Below, in pieces: positions 53,326 through 64,000 of a stretch of DNA of 64,000 nucleotides. The position numbers and the translations under genes were made by a program. Within the stretch, counting starts at the first letter, position 1; every line of letters begins with the position of its first letter. Source of the stretch: Prasinococcaceae sp. CCMP 1430 (lineage: Eukaryota > Plantae > Prasinodermophyta); assembly GCA_013416795.1 (NCBI GenBank), contig RQSC01000018.1:204053-268052 (forward strand). Reading direction: 5' to 3'. Below the pieces are notes generated by a model. That model did no database searches and was not told the origin of the DNA. It saw only the letters and a program-made list of their open reading frames with translations.

Positions 53326-54931
53326 TCATCGCCTTCGCCGACTTCGCTTGCCTTTCTGCGGCTTCTCGTCCTGTCGCTGCTGCTTCTTGGATCCTCGTGC
53401 TTTCCTCTTGTCCGCCTTGGAATTCTTGTTCGTCGCACCCATCGCCTTGTGCACGTTGCACAGAGGGCTGTGGCGATTGGCCGGCGCATGCTTCAAGACC
53501 GTCTTGTGCGCCCAATCGGTGATCTCAATCACCCGACCTGCTTCGCACACGAAGTATCGGCGTACAGGTCGCGAGCTGAGGCCGAAGATGATCTTCTGCT
53601 CGCGCTCTTCCACCCACAGGTCACCCTGCGAACAGAGGAGCGTGCGCAAGCGTGGTGCGGCGAGCGCGTGAGCACGCATGCAAGCGGACCAACAAAGCGC
53701 CATGCCGCACGCGTGCGCCTGCCAGCCCGGCGATCGCACGTACGTCCTCAGCGGCATGGAAAGTATCGCAGGCAGCACACCACCTCGCAGATCCGGTTGG
53801 ACGGTCAGGCACTCCTGGATACGTCTCGTCGAAGTCCCCGTAGAGCTCCTCCATCTCGAGCTCCATGTCGTACTCGGCCCGCTGCGCGCGCGCGCACGCG
53901 AGGGATTGGTTGGGTTGGGGTTAGTATACAGGGTTTATACGACACCCACCTTGCAGTAGCTAGTACTAGTCTACTCTATATTGCGGCCCCATTCGCCCAA
54001 CGCGGCGACGGGACCTGCACACGGCTCGAGCGCATCGTACTGCGCACCTTAGAGCTGTCGCTTAGCACCTCGTACGACGCCTGCAGCTTTGAGAAGGCGC
54101 GAGCGGCCTGCTCGTTCCCTGGGTTCTTGTCTGGGTGCACCCTGCGTGACATCTGGAGATACGTCTTCCGGAGCGATGCCGCGTCGAACGTGGGCGCGTC
54201 GGGAGACAGGCGGAGCACCTCATAGTGCGTGTCGCAGCCGACAATGCTGTCGATGATCGCCTGCGACGACATCGTCGCGCTGTCTGCCCCGCTGCTTGCA
54301 CCTGCATCATTGCCAGCGAACCAGCCGGAGCTGTCGGACGCCGCACTCGTGCTCGGCCCACCACGCTCCGCGCGGCGCGCGCGGCCCTCGCGACGCGCGC
54401 GCCTGCTGCCGCTGCGCGTCTCTGGTGAGTTGCCCGCCGCCAGCAACGCATAGGCCTGCGCAAAGCTTGCGCCGACGAAAGCGGCCATCAGCAGCGGCAG
54501 CAGCCCGCGCGTTGTGTAGCATGCGTACGACGCGCTCGCGAGCATGCAGACCACGAAGAGCTTGGATGACAGCGTGATGGAGAAGGTGCAGTAGGCGACC
54601 ACGTTGAGCAAGACCATGGCCCACCAGCCGTACGCGAAGAGACCGAGGACGATGGCAAGACCGACCAAGGACAACGCCGGCCACATCAGCCCGGCGACCG
54701 CGCAGACCACGCCGAGCACGGTGAGGCTCCAGGTTGCCACGGGGAAAGGTGCCGCCATTGCGTAAACGAGTGCAGCAATCGATGCGCACAGGGTGTGCAC
54801 GTCCAGCATGAGCGACCTCACGCATGTGACCCCCACGAACGCAACGACGTTCATCGCCACGGTGATGCCCGACCTCGCGGTCGAGCCGAGCGCGCCCATG
54901 GCGCCCCCAGCCCACCCAGCGCCCCCCGCGC
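53326..54931 (-). CDS. DNAJC14: DNAJC14/Jiv-like protein: TM region, J-domain, Jiv90 domain (exons ~54931-54048, 53881-53744, 53625-53326; upstream exon missing)
   Basis: THYEVL...VHPDKN...AFSKLQASYEVLSD, then WCAACDTFHAAED|GDLWVE...YFVC...IEITDWA...ANRH. Phase-0 canonical introns. Confidence 0.8.
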
Positions 54932-55132
54932 CTGGCGCGCGCGTGCGCACGGCAGGCAGCCGCGCGGCCAGCTGCGCGCAGCCACACGGTCCGCTCCTGT
55001 TCCTTCCACCTCACCTCCCCACGTCTGACAGCACGCACGAGCGCGGACGCCCGCGATGTGGCGTGCTCTGCACCCCCCCCCCTTCCCTCCACCTCCCCCG
55101 CCTCCCAACCTTTTCACACACGTACTCACCCG

Positions 55133-56195
55133 AACAACATGTCAAACGCGGACTTCATGTCGGTCTTTCTCGACGTGACCGACGCATTGGAGCTGCCCCA
55201 CACCTGGTCGCGCGGCGCCAAGTTCACGCTGAGGCTCGTCAACCAGCGGAACCCCGAGCAGTCGCTCGTGAAGGATACGAGCCACAACTTCACGCGGCTG
55301 GAGCGCGACTGGGGGTTCGCGCAGTTCGTGCGCCTGGATGAGGTGCGAGACCCTGCGAAGGGCTTCATGGTGAACGACTCAATCGTGCTGGAATGCGACG
55401 TGGGCATGTTCAAGGAGATCACGTGGTGGAACTACGACAGCAAGAAGGAAACAGGCTACGTGGGGCTGAAGAATCAAGGCGCCACATGCTACATGAACAG
55501 CCTGCTGCAGTTCCTCTTCCACATCCCTTTCTTCCGCCAGGCCGTGTACGGCCTACCGACCACGGAGGCGGACGAGCCCGCGAAGAGCATCCCCCTTGCG
55601 ATGCAGATCCTGTTCTACAAGCTACAATTTGACAACAAGCCGGTGGGTACCAAGGAGCTGACCAAGTCGTTCGGCTGGGACTCATTCGAGGCCTTCCAGC
55701 AGCACGACGTACAGGAGCTCAACCGCGTGCTGTGCGAGAACCTCGAGGAGAAAATGAAGAAGACAGACGTCGAGGGAACCATCCAAAAGCTCTTCGAGGG
55801 CCACATGGTCAACTACATTGAGTGTGTGAATGTCGACTTCAAGAGCACGCGCAAGGAAGAGTTTCTGGACCTGCAGCTGCAGGTGAAGGATTGCAAGGAC
55901 GTGTACGAGTCGTTCGACAAGTACTGCGAGGTTGAAACGCTGGACGGGGACAACTTGTACGAAGCCGAGGGCCACGGGAAGCAGCCCGCGCGCAAGGGCG
56001 TGCTCTTCCAAGACTTTCCGCCTGTGCTGCAGCTGCAGCTCAAGCGCTTCGAGTACGACATGATGCGCGACATGATGGTGAAGATCAACGACCGCTACGA
56101 GTTTCCGCTCGTGCTTGACCTCGGCAAGAATGGCAAGTACATGACATCCGACGCAGACCTTTCGAAGCCCGCTCGGTATCTGTTGCACTCGGTCC
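55133..56195 (+). CDS. USP7: Ubiquitin-specific protease USP7/UBP12-13 (partial MATH + USP catalytic domain); truncated at both ends
   Basis: MATH segment SVFLDV...DWGF, then YDSKKETGYVGLKNQGATCYMNSLLQ, QHDVQEL, LQLKRFEYD, KINDRYEFP, YLLHSV, followed by a single N at 56196. Confidence 0.95.
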
Positions 56196-56731
56196 NGAAG
56201 ACGAAGCGCTCTGTCCCCGTCGCCGCCGCCGTGCCGCCGCCCGTGGCGCTCGCTGCGCCGCGTGCCGCCCTCTGAGCGCGAAAGCGCGATACCAGGGCAC
56301 CTCACCGCATGTAATAAAACTTCCCACAGAACCGTTAATGACACCTCGTGATATGCATGTGATGGCCACACCCCGCCGAGCGCAGCGCGAAATGTGAGCG
56401 CGTCTCAGATGCACACACAGCATCATGCGCGAATGTGCGGCCGGGCGGCGGCGCGCCGCCGATCGCAGTCCGCGCTGCCGGGGCTTTGCGTGGGGCGCGC
56501 CTGCCGGCGCAGGAACGGCGCGACACGCGGTCCGGGGCGATCCGCAGCCCGACGCGTGCCACAGAGGGGGCGCCGCGCGCGCGTCGGCGCGCACGTCGGC
56601 CGGGCGCTGCAGCGAGGACAGGGGACGGAGGGCGAACAGAGGCGCGGGGCGCCGACGTGATCCCTCCCATCGTACGCGTGCGTGCGCACGACGCACCCGC
56701 ACGCACAGCGGCAGCACACGACTCGCGCGCG

Positions 56732-57900
56732 ATGGTGCGCACTCTAAGGTTGCGCACTGCCGCGGCTGCGACACCCCTTGCGCTGGCGTGCGTGCTGGCT
56801 GCCATGCTCGCGTCCGCGCTTGGCGGCAGCAAGTTCGGCGTGCGCGTTGCCGAGGCAAAGCCTGGCATGCGTATCGGCAACGTGGACGACGTCGTGTTGC
56901 CGGAGGAAGTAGAGGAACGCGCACAAGCGCGCAAGAAATTCGAGGAGAGTGGCGCCAAGCAGCTCATGATGTTCGTTAGGCTCGCACAGAAGCAGGAGGA
57001 CGGCAGCAAAGCGCTTGCGAAGCGCTTCACCGACATGTTGCGCGCGGGTGGCCTCAACGTTGGCATGTATGCCATCGACGACAGCCTGATGATGGCGACG
57101 ACGACCGAGGTCGGCCGGTCGAAGATCGAGGAGGCGCAGGAATTCTTCCTCAGCAGGGACGAGGTCGAGAGCCTGGAACTAGACAGCAAGACCATCACGC
57201 GCGACGACATCGAGGTGCGTTCGCCCGTGAGGACGCAAGCGCCAATACAGCCTGTGCACACCACGCGCGCGCCTATGCCGCCCTGCTCAGCTGCGCTAAC
57301 GTCACCCCTCACTCCGCCCGCGGTGTGATCCCACACGCAAACACGGGAACAGAGGCGCAAGAAGCAGAGAGCGGGCGGCATGGCAAACGGTGGTGACTTG
57401 GACCAGCTGCTTGCGACGCTCAAGGGTGACGGGGTCGTGGGCGACAACTTCGGCATCGGTGACCTGCAAGCGGCTGCAAGAAAGGTGCGATCGCGCTCCC
57501 CGTCCCCTTAACCGTCCCTCCCTCTCTCGCGCTTTCAGCACGTACGACTTGTGCATGCCAAGCGCAAGCAAATGTGTCCGTACCGCGTCCCCGGCGGGGG
57601 TCCGTAGCCAGTGTGTTGTGCGCACGTCTCCCTCCAGTCCTTTCATCTATACTTTCTGACGAAGTGAGCCTGCATGCGCCCTGCCCGACCGCCCTCCGCG
57701 AACACCTATACACCCACTCCTGTGCGTGCGTACAGGGCATGAGCGGAATGGGTGGCGGCATGGCCGGGGACCTTGAAAAGGCAGCAAAGAAGGAAGCGAC
57801 GAAGCAGCACGAAACGCGCAGGCGCCGTCGCAGGCAGGAGAAGCGCGAGGCTGAGAAGGCCAACCGGGCCGCCGAGGCAACCGCCCGGGGAGAGCTCTGA
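56732..57900 (+). CDS. MESD: MESD/Boca-like ER chaperone (exons 56732-57214, 57353-57484, 57736-57900)
   Basis: Signal-peptide-like N-terminus. KQLMMFVRL...FTDMLRAGG...YAIDD...EEAQEFFLSRDEVESLELD resembles the MESD core. Ends in RGEL (ER-retention-like). Confidence 0.6.
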
Positions 57901-58097
57901 GCAAGCGGCTCGAACTTGCATGCGCCCGCGCGCTCATGCGCCCTTGACGTTGTGGCGACGGCGACGCTGCTCTGTTGCGAGAACTGCATCGCAGCGCGAA
58001 GTAATGCACAGCAATCTTACGATACCATGACGCTCCACGTCGCGCTATGCCGTGCGCGCGCGCGCACGCACGTGGCCTGGGGCGGGACGAAAGCGCC

Positions 58098-59374
58098 CTA
58101 CCGCTGCCCGAGCCATTCTGCGCGCATCTGCACGAGGAAGTGCTCCATGAACTCATGCCGTTGCTGTGCGAGGGCTCGGCCGGACTCGGTCTTCATCATG
58201 CCTTTGAGCTTGAGCAGTTTGTCAGTGAAATGTGCCACGCAGCTCCGCTCAGACTTGCGAGAGGCTCGCATGTACTCCTCTTTCGTGAGCGTGTGCGCCT
58301 CGTGCGATACCCGTGCGTCCTCTTCTTCTCCACCCTGTCGGTAGTGTTTGTCGCGCAAGCGTTTGCACAGTAGAGAGCGTCAGATCGCGTGCGCACGTCA
58401 GTCGGAGGGCACGCGCGGAACTGCGTCTGGAGCCGGTGCGCGGGCACACGCGCGCATACATGCGCACGCAGTCGGCCGCGAGTGCGGATGTGCGAAGGAC
58501 GACGTGCCCGTGCGCGTGCACGCGCACATTTGCGCTGCTCCTCACCCACAGCGGCGCACAGCGCTTCCCGCCGAACGCGAAGCAGCGCGCTATTCCCACG
58601 GCGCCAATGGCGTCCAGTCGGTCCGCATCCTGTACGACTGCCAGCGCCGGCGTCAGCTTCGGTCGGGTTCCTCCTCCTAGTTCGTCCTGTGATTGAGAGA
58701 GAGCGCACGAGTCAGATAGTGTGCGTGCTCGCATCTATGCATGTGTTGAAAGGTGTAAGTGTGGGCGGTCGAGCATACCCGGCGCGACAAGAGACAAACG
58801 CTCTGGGCTCCCCAACCAGAGCGCGGTCATCGATCGGCGGGGGCGCGCACACGTGATGCTGCGCAGGGCCCCACCTTGAAGCCCACGTGCTTGATGACGT
58901 GGCAGACAGCGTCGATGAAGGCTGCATCAGCGCCATTGTCCTCGAGGAAGGCGCGCGACGCAGCGACGCCCGCATCAGGGTCGCCGCAGTACTTGTAGTC
59001 TGCGTGCGCGCAGAGAGTGTGCACATGCACGCGTGCGGCGCAGGGCACATTGAGCGGACCGGACCGTCAGGGTGAATACGAGTGCCCGGATGCTCGCACG
59101 CGCGCTCAAGTGAGCACAGGAACGAGCGAGGAAGTCCGCATTGAGACGCACCCTTTACGTCGTGCAGCAGCGCGGCCACCTCCGCCACGGCAACGTCTGC
59201 TGCGCCGAGCCCCTCGTCGGCGGCCAGCCTCGCGGCGCTCGCGCGCACGCGCTCGACATGCGCGAAGTCGTGCGAGCCGTCCGCGCCGGCGAGCTCGGCG
59301 CGCACGAATGCCTCGGCCGCGGCCACGAGCCCGCTGCTCGCGCACATTTCTGCTCCCTTGCTCCCTCGCCCCAT
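58098..59374 (-). CDS. HD-domain phosphohydrolase (YpgQ-like), four exons
   Basis: DGSHDFAHVERV, AALLHDVK|DYKY, VVQDADRLDAIGAVGIARCFAFGG, HFTDKLLKLKGMMKTESGR...RHEFM. Confidence 0.9.
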
Positions 59375-60010
59375 CACTGCCACTGCCGCCTCCCGGCACG
59401 TGTGGCGCCGCCAGGCACGTGCGCCGCCGCCCGAGCCGCCCACCGCACGCGCACGCGGCCGTTTGCGAATACGTATGCGTTTCGAAAAGCGTTTCCCACC
59501 GGGAGCGGGTGTCGTCACCCACACCAATTCGTTTTGATACGTATTTGAGGCGCGCACGAGGAGCTCGCACGGGCACTTACTCTCCTGTGTGTAATTCATA
59601 TATAAAGTACAATTACATATAAAAGTATGGGTGTGCTGTAAGTTGGGAGGTGCGTGCCGCGTGGAACGCCATCACCTAGGTCGCTGTCACCTCGGCTGGC
59701 AATCAATCGATTAGACTAGTCCCCCACTAGTCCTAATCAAATCAAATTGAATCACTCAGCGCTCTGTCGCGTCGGAGCGCGTGCGCCCGCTCAGCGTGCG
59801 GGTTGCGCGCGCAAGTAGCCGCGCTCTGTACGTGGGCCTACAGCGGCGCCTTTTTTGCGCGCGCCCGTGGCCGTGGCGGGGTGCCACTGCGCGCGCGCTG
59901 GCAGCCCCCCACCACCTTCCCCGACAACGACAGCCTTTTCCGAGTCAGCCGCCGCACCGAACGCGCGCGCACACACACGCACGCGTGCTTGCGCATTCGT
60001 GCAGTCGACG

Positions 60011-61606
60011 ATGGCCGACGACGCCGCCGCGGGCGGCAGCAGCGGCAGCGGCGCCGGCGGCGACCCGCGGCCCTCGGTATTCGCTTCGGCGAAGAGCGCG
60101 CGCCAGGTGCTGCTGCTGGCCGTGCAAGCGGTGAGCGTCAACACTACGGCCTTACGCAAGGCGCAAGAGGATCGCGACGCGATACGGAAGGAAGTCATAA
60201 GTCGGGCAAATGCCTTTTTTTGGCTGCGAGAGCGTTCTCGCTATCGTCGCAGGTATCTGTGTCCGCGGGAGCAAGACGGGCGCCAGTGCCGCCGAGCCGG
60301 TGCAGCAGGCAAAAGCAGCGGCCATCGCATCGGCGGCTCTTTGGACGGCTGCAGCGGCGCCGACGGCCCTCGCGCCGCGCCTGCCGAGCGTGCGCGCCGG
60401 GCGCTGCTCCTGGTGGCGCAGGTGATGGGTGTCAGCGCTGCCGCCGTGCGCGAGGCGCGGGCGGAGGGCGAGCTCGCCGCGATGGACGCGTTGGGCTTGC
60501 CCGCGACCTCGCGCGCAGCCAGAGCTGGCGACATCGACCGCCTCCGGCTGTTGCTTGAGGCGGGCGCCGACACGGAACAAGCAGACGGCAAAGGCTGGAC
60601 TCCGTTGTTATGGGCAGTAGTAGGTTCTGGCGAAGGTACGGATTGCCTCCGGCTGCTGCTCGAGGCGGGCGCCGACGCCAACAAGGTGGACAACGACAGC
60701 AAGACTGCCTTGATTTTGGCAGTGGAACTCGGCGACGACCACTGCGTCAAGACATTGGTCGACGCGGGCGCCGACGCGGACAAGACCACCCTTTTTGGCT
60801 GGACTGCGCTGATGTTCGCGGCCCAAAATGGCCGCACTGACTGCGTCAAGACGCTGCTCGCCGCAGGCGCCGACGCGGACAAGGCCGAGCGTGGTGGCTG
60901 GACTGCGCTGATGCTCGCGGCCGACAAAGGCTTCACTGACTGCGTCAAGACGTTGCTCGGGGCGGGCGCCGACGCGGGCAAGACCAGGACCGATGGCAGG
61001 ACTGCGCTGATGATCGCGGCCGACAAGGGCTTCACTGACTGCGTCAAGACGCTGCTCGACGCAGGCGCCGACACGGACAAGACCAAGCGTGATGGCTGGA
61101 CTGCGCTGATGTTCGCGGCCCAAAATGGCAGCGCAGACTGCGTCAAGACGCTGCTCCTGCGTCCGCGGCTACGCCCGGTACGATCGCCGGTGCTGCCTAC
61201 CTGACGCGACTCGCTCGCGGCCGACAAAGGCTTCACTGACTGCGTCAAGGCGTTGCTCGACGCAGGCGCCGACGCGGAACAGGCCGAGGAGGACGGATGG
61301 ACTGCGCTGATGCTCGCGGCCAAAAATGGCAGCGCAGACTGCGTCAAGACGCTGCTCGACACACGCGCCGACGCGGACAAGACCACACGTGCCGGCTGGA
61401 CTGCGCTCATGTTCGCGGCCCGTGGACGCCACGCAGACAGCGTCCGAGCGTTGCTCAAGGCGGGCGCGCTGCAGTGGTAACGATGCCTACGGCCGGACTG
61501 CCGTGAGTTCTAGCGGCTCTGCCCGAGACGCCCCAACGCCGAGGTCGTCGCCCTGCTGCGCGCCGCGCAGCCGCCGCTGCCGTACGATGATTCCAATGAC
61601 GAGTGA
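60011..61606 (+). CDS. Ankyrin-repeat protein; apparent stops at 61202 and 61478 fall inside complemented patches (see findings)
   Basis: About 10 near-identical repeats GWTALMxAAxxGxxDCVKTLLxAGAD. The reading frame is continuous to TGA 61604-61606 once 61157-61211 and ~61469-61530 are complemented. Confidence 0.85.
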
Positions 61607-61789
61607 GCGGGAAGAGGAGTGCCGCTCGGAGTACGACTCGGACGACTCGAAAACCATCCCGACAACGACTTTCCGGAGGAGCAGGACAGCGACTGGGACG
61701 ACGACATCTTCCCGCCGTACCCGTACGCGTACCTCCGACGGTGCGTACCGTCCAGGCCCGCTCCGCGCGGCGATCACGGCATCGGGGGC

Positions 61790-61912
61790 GACGACAGCGA
61801 GTACGACGTCGACGAATACGTCAAGGAGAGCGACAGCGAGTACGACTCGGGTGTCGACGAATACGTCGACGAATACGTCGAGGAGAGCGACAGCGAGTAC
61901 GACGTCGACGGA
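61790..61912 (+). repeat. Imperfect tandem repeats encoding DSEYD/VDEY acidic motifs
   Basis: GACAGCGAGTACGAC x3 and GTCGACGAATAC x3. Confidence 0.75.
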
Positions 61913-61999
61913 CACAACGATGATAACGACTGACCGCGGTGCTCGCAGCTGGATGTCGCCACCACGATAAAGCCCAAATATAGTTAGTACCACGCCAAA

Positions 62000-62700
62000 G
62001 TGGTCGCGCTCGCCAAGTCCCAGCAGCGCAAGCTGCGCATGCACGTCCACCCTGACAGGCTCACCGCTGCTCGCAAGGAGGCGCTCGGCCACGACCTCTT
62101 CAACAAGATCGCCGACGTCAACTGCGTCCTCGATGCGGCTCTGCTCACTGTGGGCGACGGCAAGGCGGTGGTTGCCTACCTCGACTCCCTTCCCCCCGAC
62201 CCCCGCACCTCCACCGCTGGCTGCGCGCCAGGGGCGGTTGAAGGCGTCGTCGTCGTGGGCTTCCCGCTCGGCACCAAGGACTTCGTGGCAGGGGCTCTCG
62301 AGAAGAAGGACGCGGTGTACTATCGCAAGCTCACCGCCTGCAACCAGTTCTCCGCGTGGGGGCACCACAGCGCAGCGCTCCTGCTGCTCCGCATGTGTGT
62401 CCACCCTATCAGCGACTACCTCCTGCGCGGCCTCTTCCCGGGCGGCAAGGGCGAACAGGACAGGTACGCTGAGCCAACACACTTCCTCGTGAAGCGTCAC
62501 CACGCCCTGCTCCAGGCCACGGTAGCGCTGCGGGCGGATAGCTACGAGTTCGTCCAGCTCCTGGTCGAGGTCGCGCCCTCCGCCGCCACCGACCTCGCCA
62601 CGTGGCTCTCCACCGCTCCGTTCCAGCCGAACTCACCGGTCGTCCGCTACTTCCGCGAGGGCATGCTTAGGTCAAAACGCCTTCCCCCGCCCGCGCGCGC
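62000..62700 (+). mobile_element. Degenerate fragment resembling the post-RT region of a CRE/SLACS-like non-LTR retrotransposon, preceded by an HPD-containing J-domain-like piece
   Basis: GVVVVGFPLGTKDFV and AALLLLRMC...YLLR resemble the recalled GxxxLGxPIG...FV / ALLLLR.C...YLLR pattern. No RT core is visible. Confidence 0.4.
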
Positions 62701-62735
62701 GGGCGCTCTGCCGGCGCCGGGCCCGGCCGCGGGGA

Positions 62736-62835
62736 NNNNNNNNNNNNNNNNNNNNNNNNNNNNNNNNNNNNNNNNNNNNNNNNNNNNNNNNNNNNNNNNN
62801 NNNNNNNNNNNNNNNNNNNNNNNNNNNNNNNNNNN
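62736..62835. other. Assembly gap (100 N)
   Basis: N run. Confidence 1.
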
Positions 62836-62980
62836 CACACACACACACACGCGAACACACACACACACACACACACGCGAACACACACACACACACACAC
62901 ACGCGAACACACACACACACACACACACGCGAACACACACACACACACACACACGCGAACACACACACACACACACACGC
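62836..62980 (+). repeat. Compound microsatellite: (CA)n arrays punctuated by CGCGAA
   Basis: Direct reading. Further (GT)n at ~63217-63260 and (CA)n at ~63333-63424. Confidence 0.9.
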
Positions 62981-62982
62981 AG

Positions 62983-63173
62983 TCCGCGGCCGGTGGGTGT
63001 CCCTCTCCGCTGCGCTCCGCACGTGGCTGCCGTGCGTGCTGATGCTCGGCGCGGGCGTCGCCGCGTACGGCGCCGCGTTCGCCGCGGCGTACCTCGCGCC
63101 GCTGGCCGCGCTGGTCGGCTGGCTGCTCGTCTACGTGCACGTGCTCGGGGGGGGGAAGGGGCCGCCCGTGGAG
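62983..63173 (+). CDS. Isolated internal exon encoding a hydrophobic membrane segment
   Basis: Flanked by a cgcag acceptor and GTGCGC donor. Encodes WLPCVLMLGAGVAAYGAAFAAAYLAPLAALVGWLLVYVHVL. Confidence 0.4.
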
Positions 63174-63213
63174 GTGCGCGCGGGCGTGTGCGCGTGCGTG
63201 TCTGCGGGCACGC

Positions 63214-63262
<49 letters not shown>

Positions 63263-63373
63263 TGCGCATTTGCGCAGTTCGTTCGTTTCTAGCCGCATTT
63301 CTCTCTGACGCACAAGCCCGCCCGCCCGCTTGCACACACACACACACACACACACGCACGCACGCACACAAAC

Positions 63374-63427
<54 letters not shown>

Positions 63428-63454
63428 GCGCGCGCGCATGAGCGCCCCCTCGCA

Positions 63455-64000
63455 CCTGCCTGGCGGTGCATGCGAGCGTGGCCGTGAGCCACGCGCAGTT
63501 GCGCCTCCCGCTTGCGTAGAAGAGGTAGGTGGCCTCGGAGAGGATGTGCATGACGCCGTCGGCGGGGTTCTCGCTGATGCCGCACTGCGCGAAGTTGGCG
63601 GCGAACACCGACGCGGGGGCGTCGCCGCCCGCCGCGGGGGTGCAGTGGCGCTTGGCAAACGCCAGCGCAACGCGCGAGTTGGCGCGGCGCCCGTACAGCC
63701 TGAGCGCGAATCAGCAAGGTGGGTACGTGCGTGTGTGTGTGTGTGTGTGGGCGTGTTTGATAGGGCGGCACGGCCGAGCCTGTCAGCGCCGCGCACGCGA
63801 GCAGCCACAGGCAAGAGCACACACACTCGCGCCAGCTCGGGCGCACAGATGTGCACACGCGGCACACACACACGCACACACACATGCGCGCGCGCGCGCA
63901 CCAGTTGAGCAGGTAGAGCAGCGCGAAGCCTCCGACCGCGATCGCCGGGCGCCAGTCGCGCCCGCCCGCCGCGCCGGCCACGGCGCGCGCCGAGGTGCCG
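63455..64000 (-). CDS. Partial unknown gene (exons ~64000-63902 and ~63700-63455)
   Basis: Coding-like segments [16 protein letters not shown] and [30 protein letters not shown] each end at GTGCG donors. Confidence 0.4.

Noticed and set aside
60760-61440. Regularly spaced nucleotide repeats resembling a CRISPR array
   Set aside because: The ~99-bp period corresponds to coding ankyrin repeats. The context is eukaryotic and there are no cas genes.
60011-61606. Ankyrin pseudogene with premature stops or an inserted element
   Set aside because: Both stops lie in patches whose plain complement restores ankyrin sequence in frame, so this is an assembly artefact.
1-64000. Hundreds of long overlapping ORFs in the supplied track (e.g. 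25825-27465 -, 27562-30021 +, 40130-41794 -)
   Set aside because: These are shadow or antisense ORFs caused by high GC, third-position bias and N-run read-through. They are R/A/P-rich with no domains.

Overview
Gene-dense, very GC-rich eukaryotic nuclear DNA with short GT-AG introns (typical donor GTGCGY, branch CTGAC, acceptor YAG). It is most consistent with a prasinophyte-grade marine green alga; this is inferred from delta carbonic anhydrase, HCCS, eEF3, plant-type LSD1/APY/clade-H PP2C, telo-box-like motifs and TGTAA motifs. About 28 protein-coding genes or fragments can be read: FANCE-like, eEF3, POLD4, ankyrin-MCAT, SPIRAL1-motif protein, HCCS, UBA protein, RBMX2, GCP2, bL9, DDX6, RPL3, PSAT, GIY-YIG protein, LSD1, apyrase, RBM45-like, TYW fusion, PUM3, DUF2064, AMT-PP2C, AMT1, delta-CA, DNAJC14, USP7 (partial), MESD-like, HD hydrolase and an ankyrin protein. 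The best novelty candidate is a degenerate ammonium transporter fused to an intact PP2C phosphatase, head-to-head with an intact AMT1, which may be an ammonium transceptor/regulator module. Other unusual architectures are a TYW3-TYW2-TYW5 fusion, an ankyrin-malonyltransferase fusion, HCCS with a twin CX9C tail, and an intron-containing DUF2064 (arsenosugar-associated) transferase. The assembly is imperfect: it has N gaps, genes missing 5' exons, and patches in the ankyrin gene that are complemented but not reversed. All fusions therefore need transcript or long-read confirmation. Family assignments come from recalled motifs; no searches were run.
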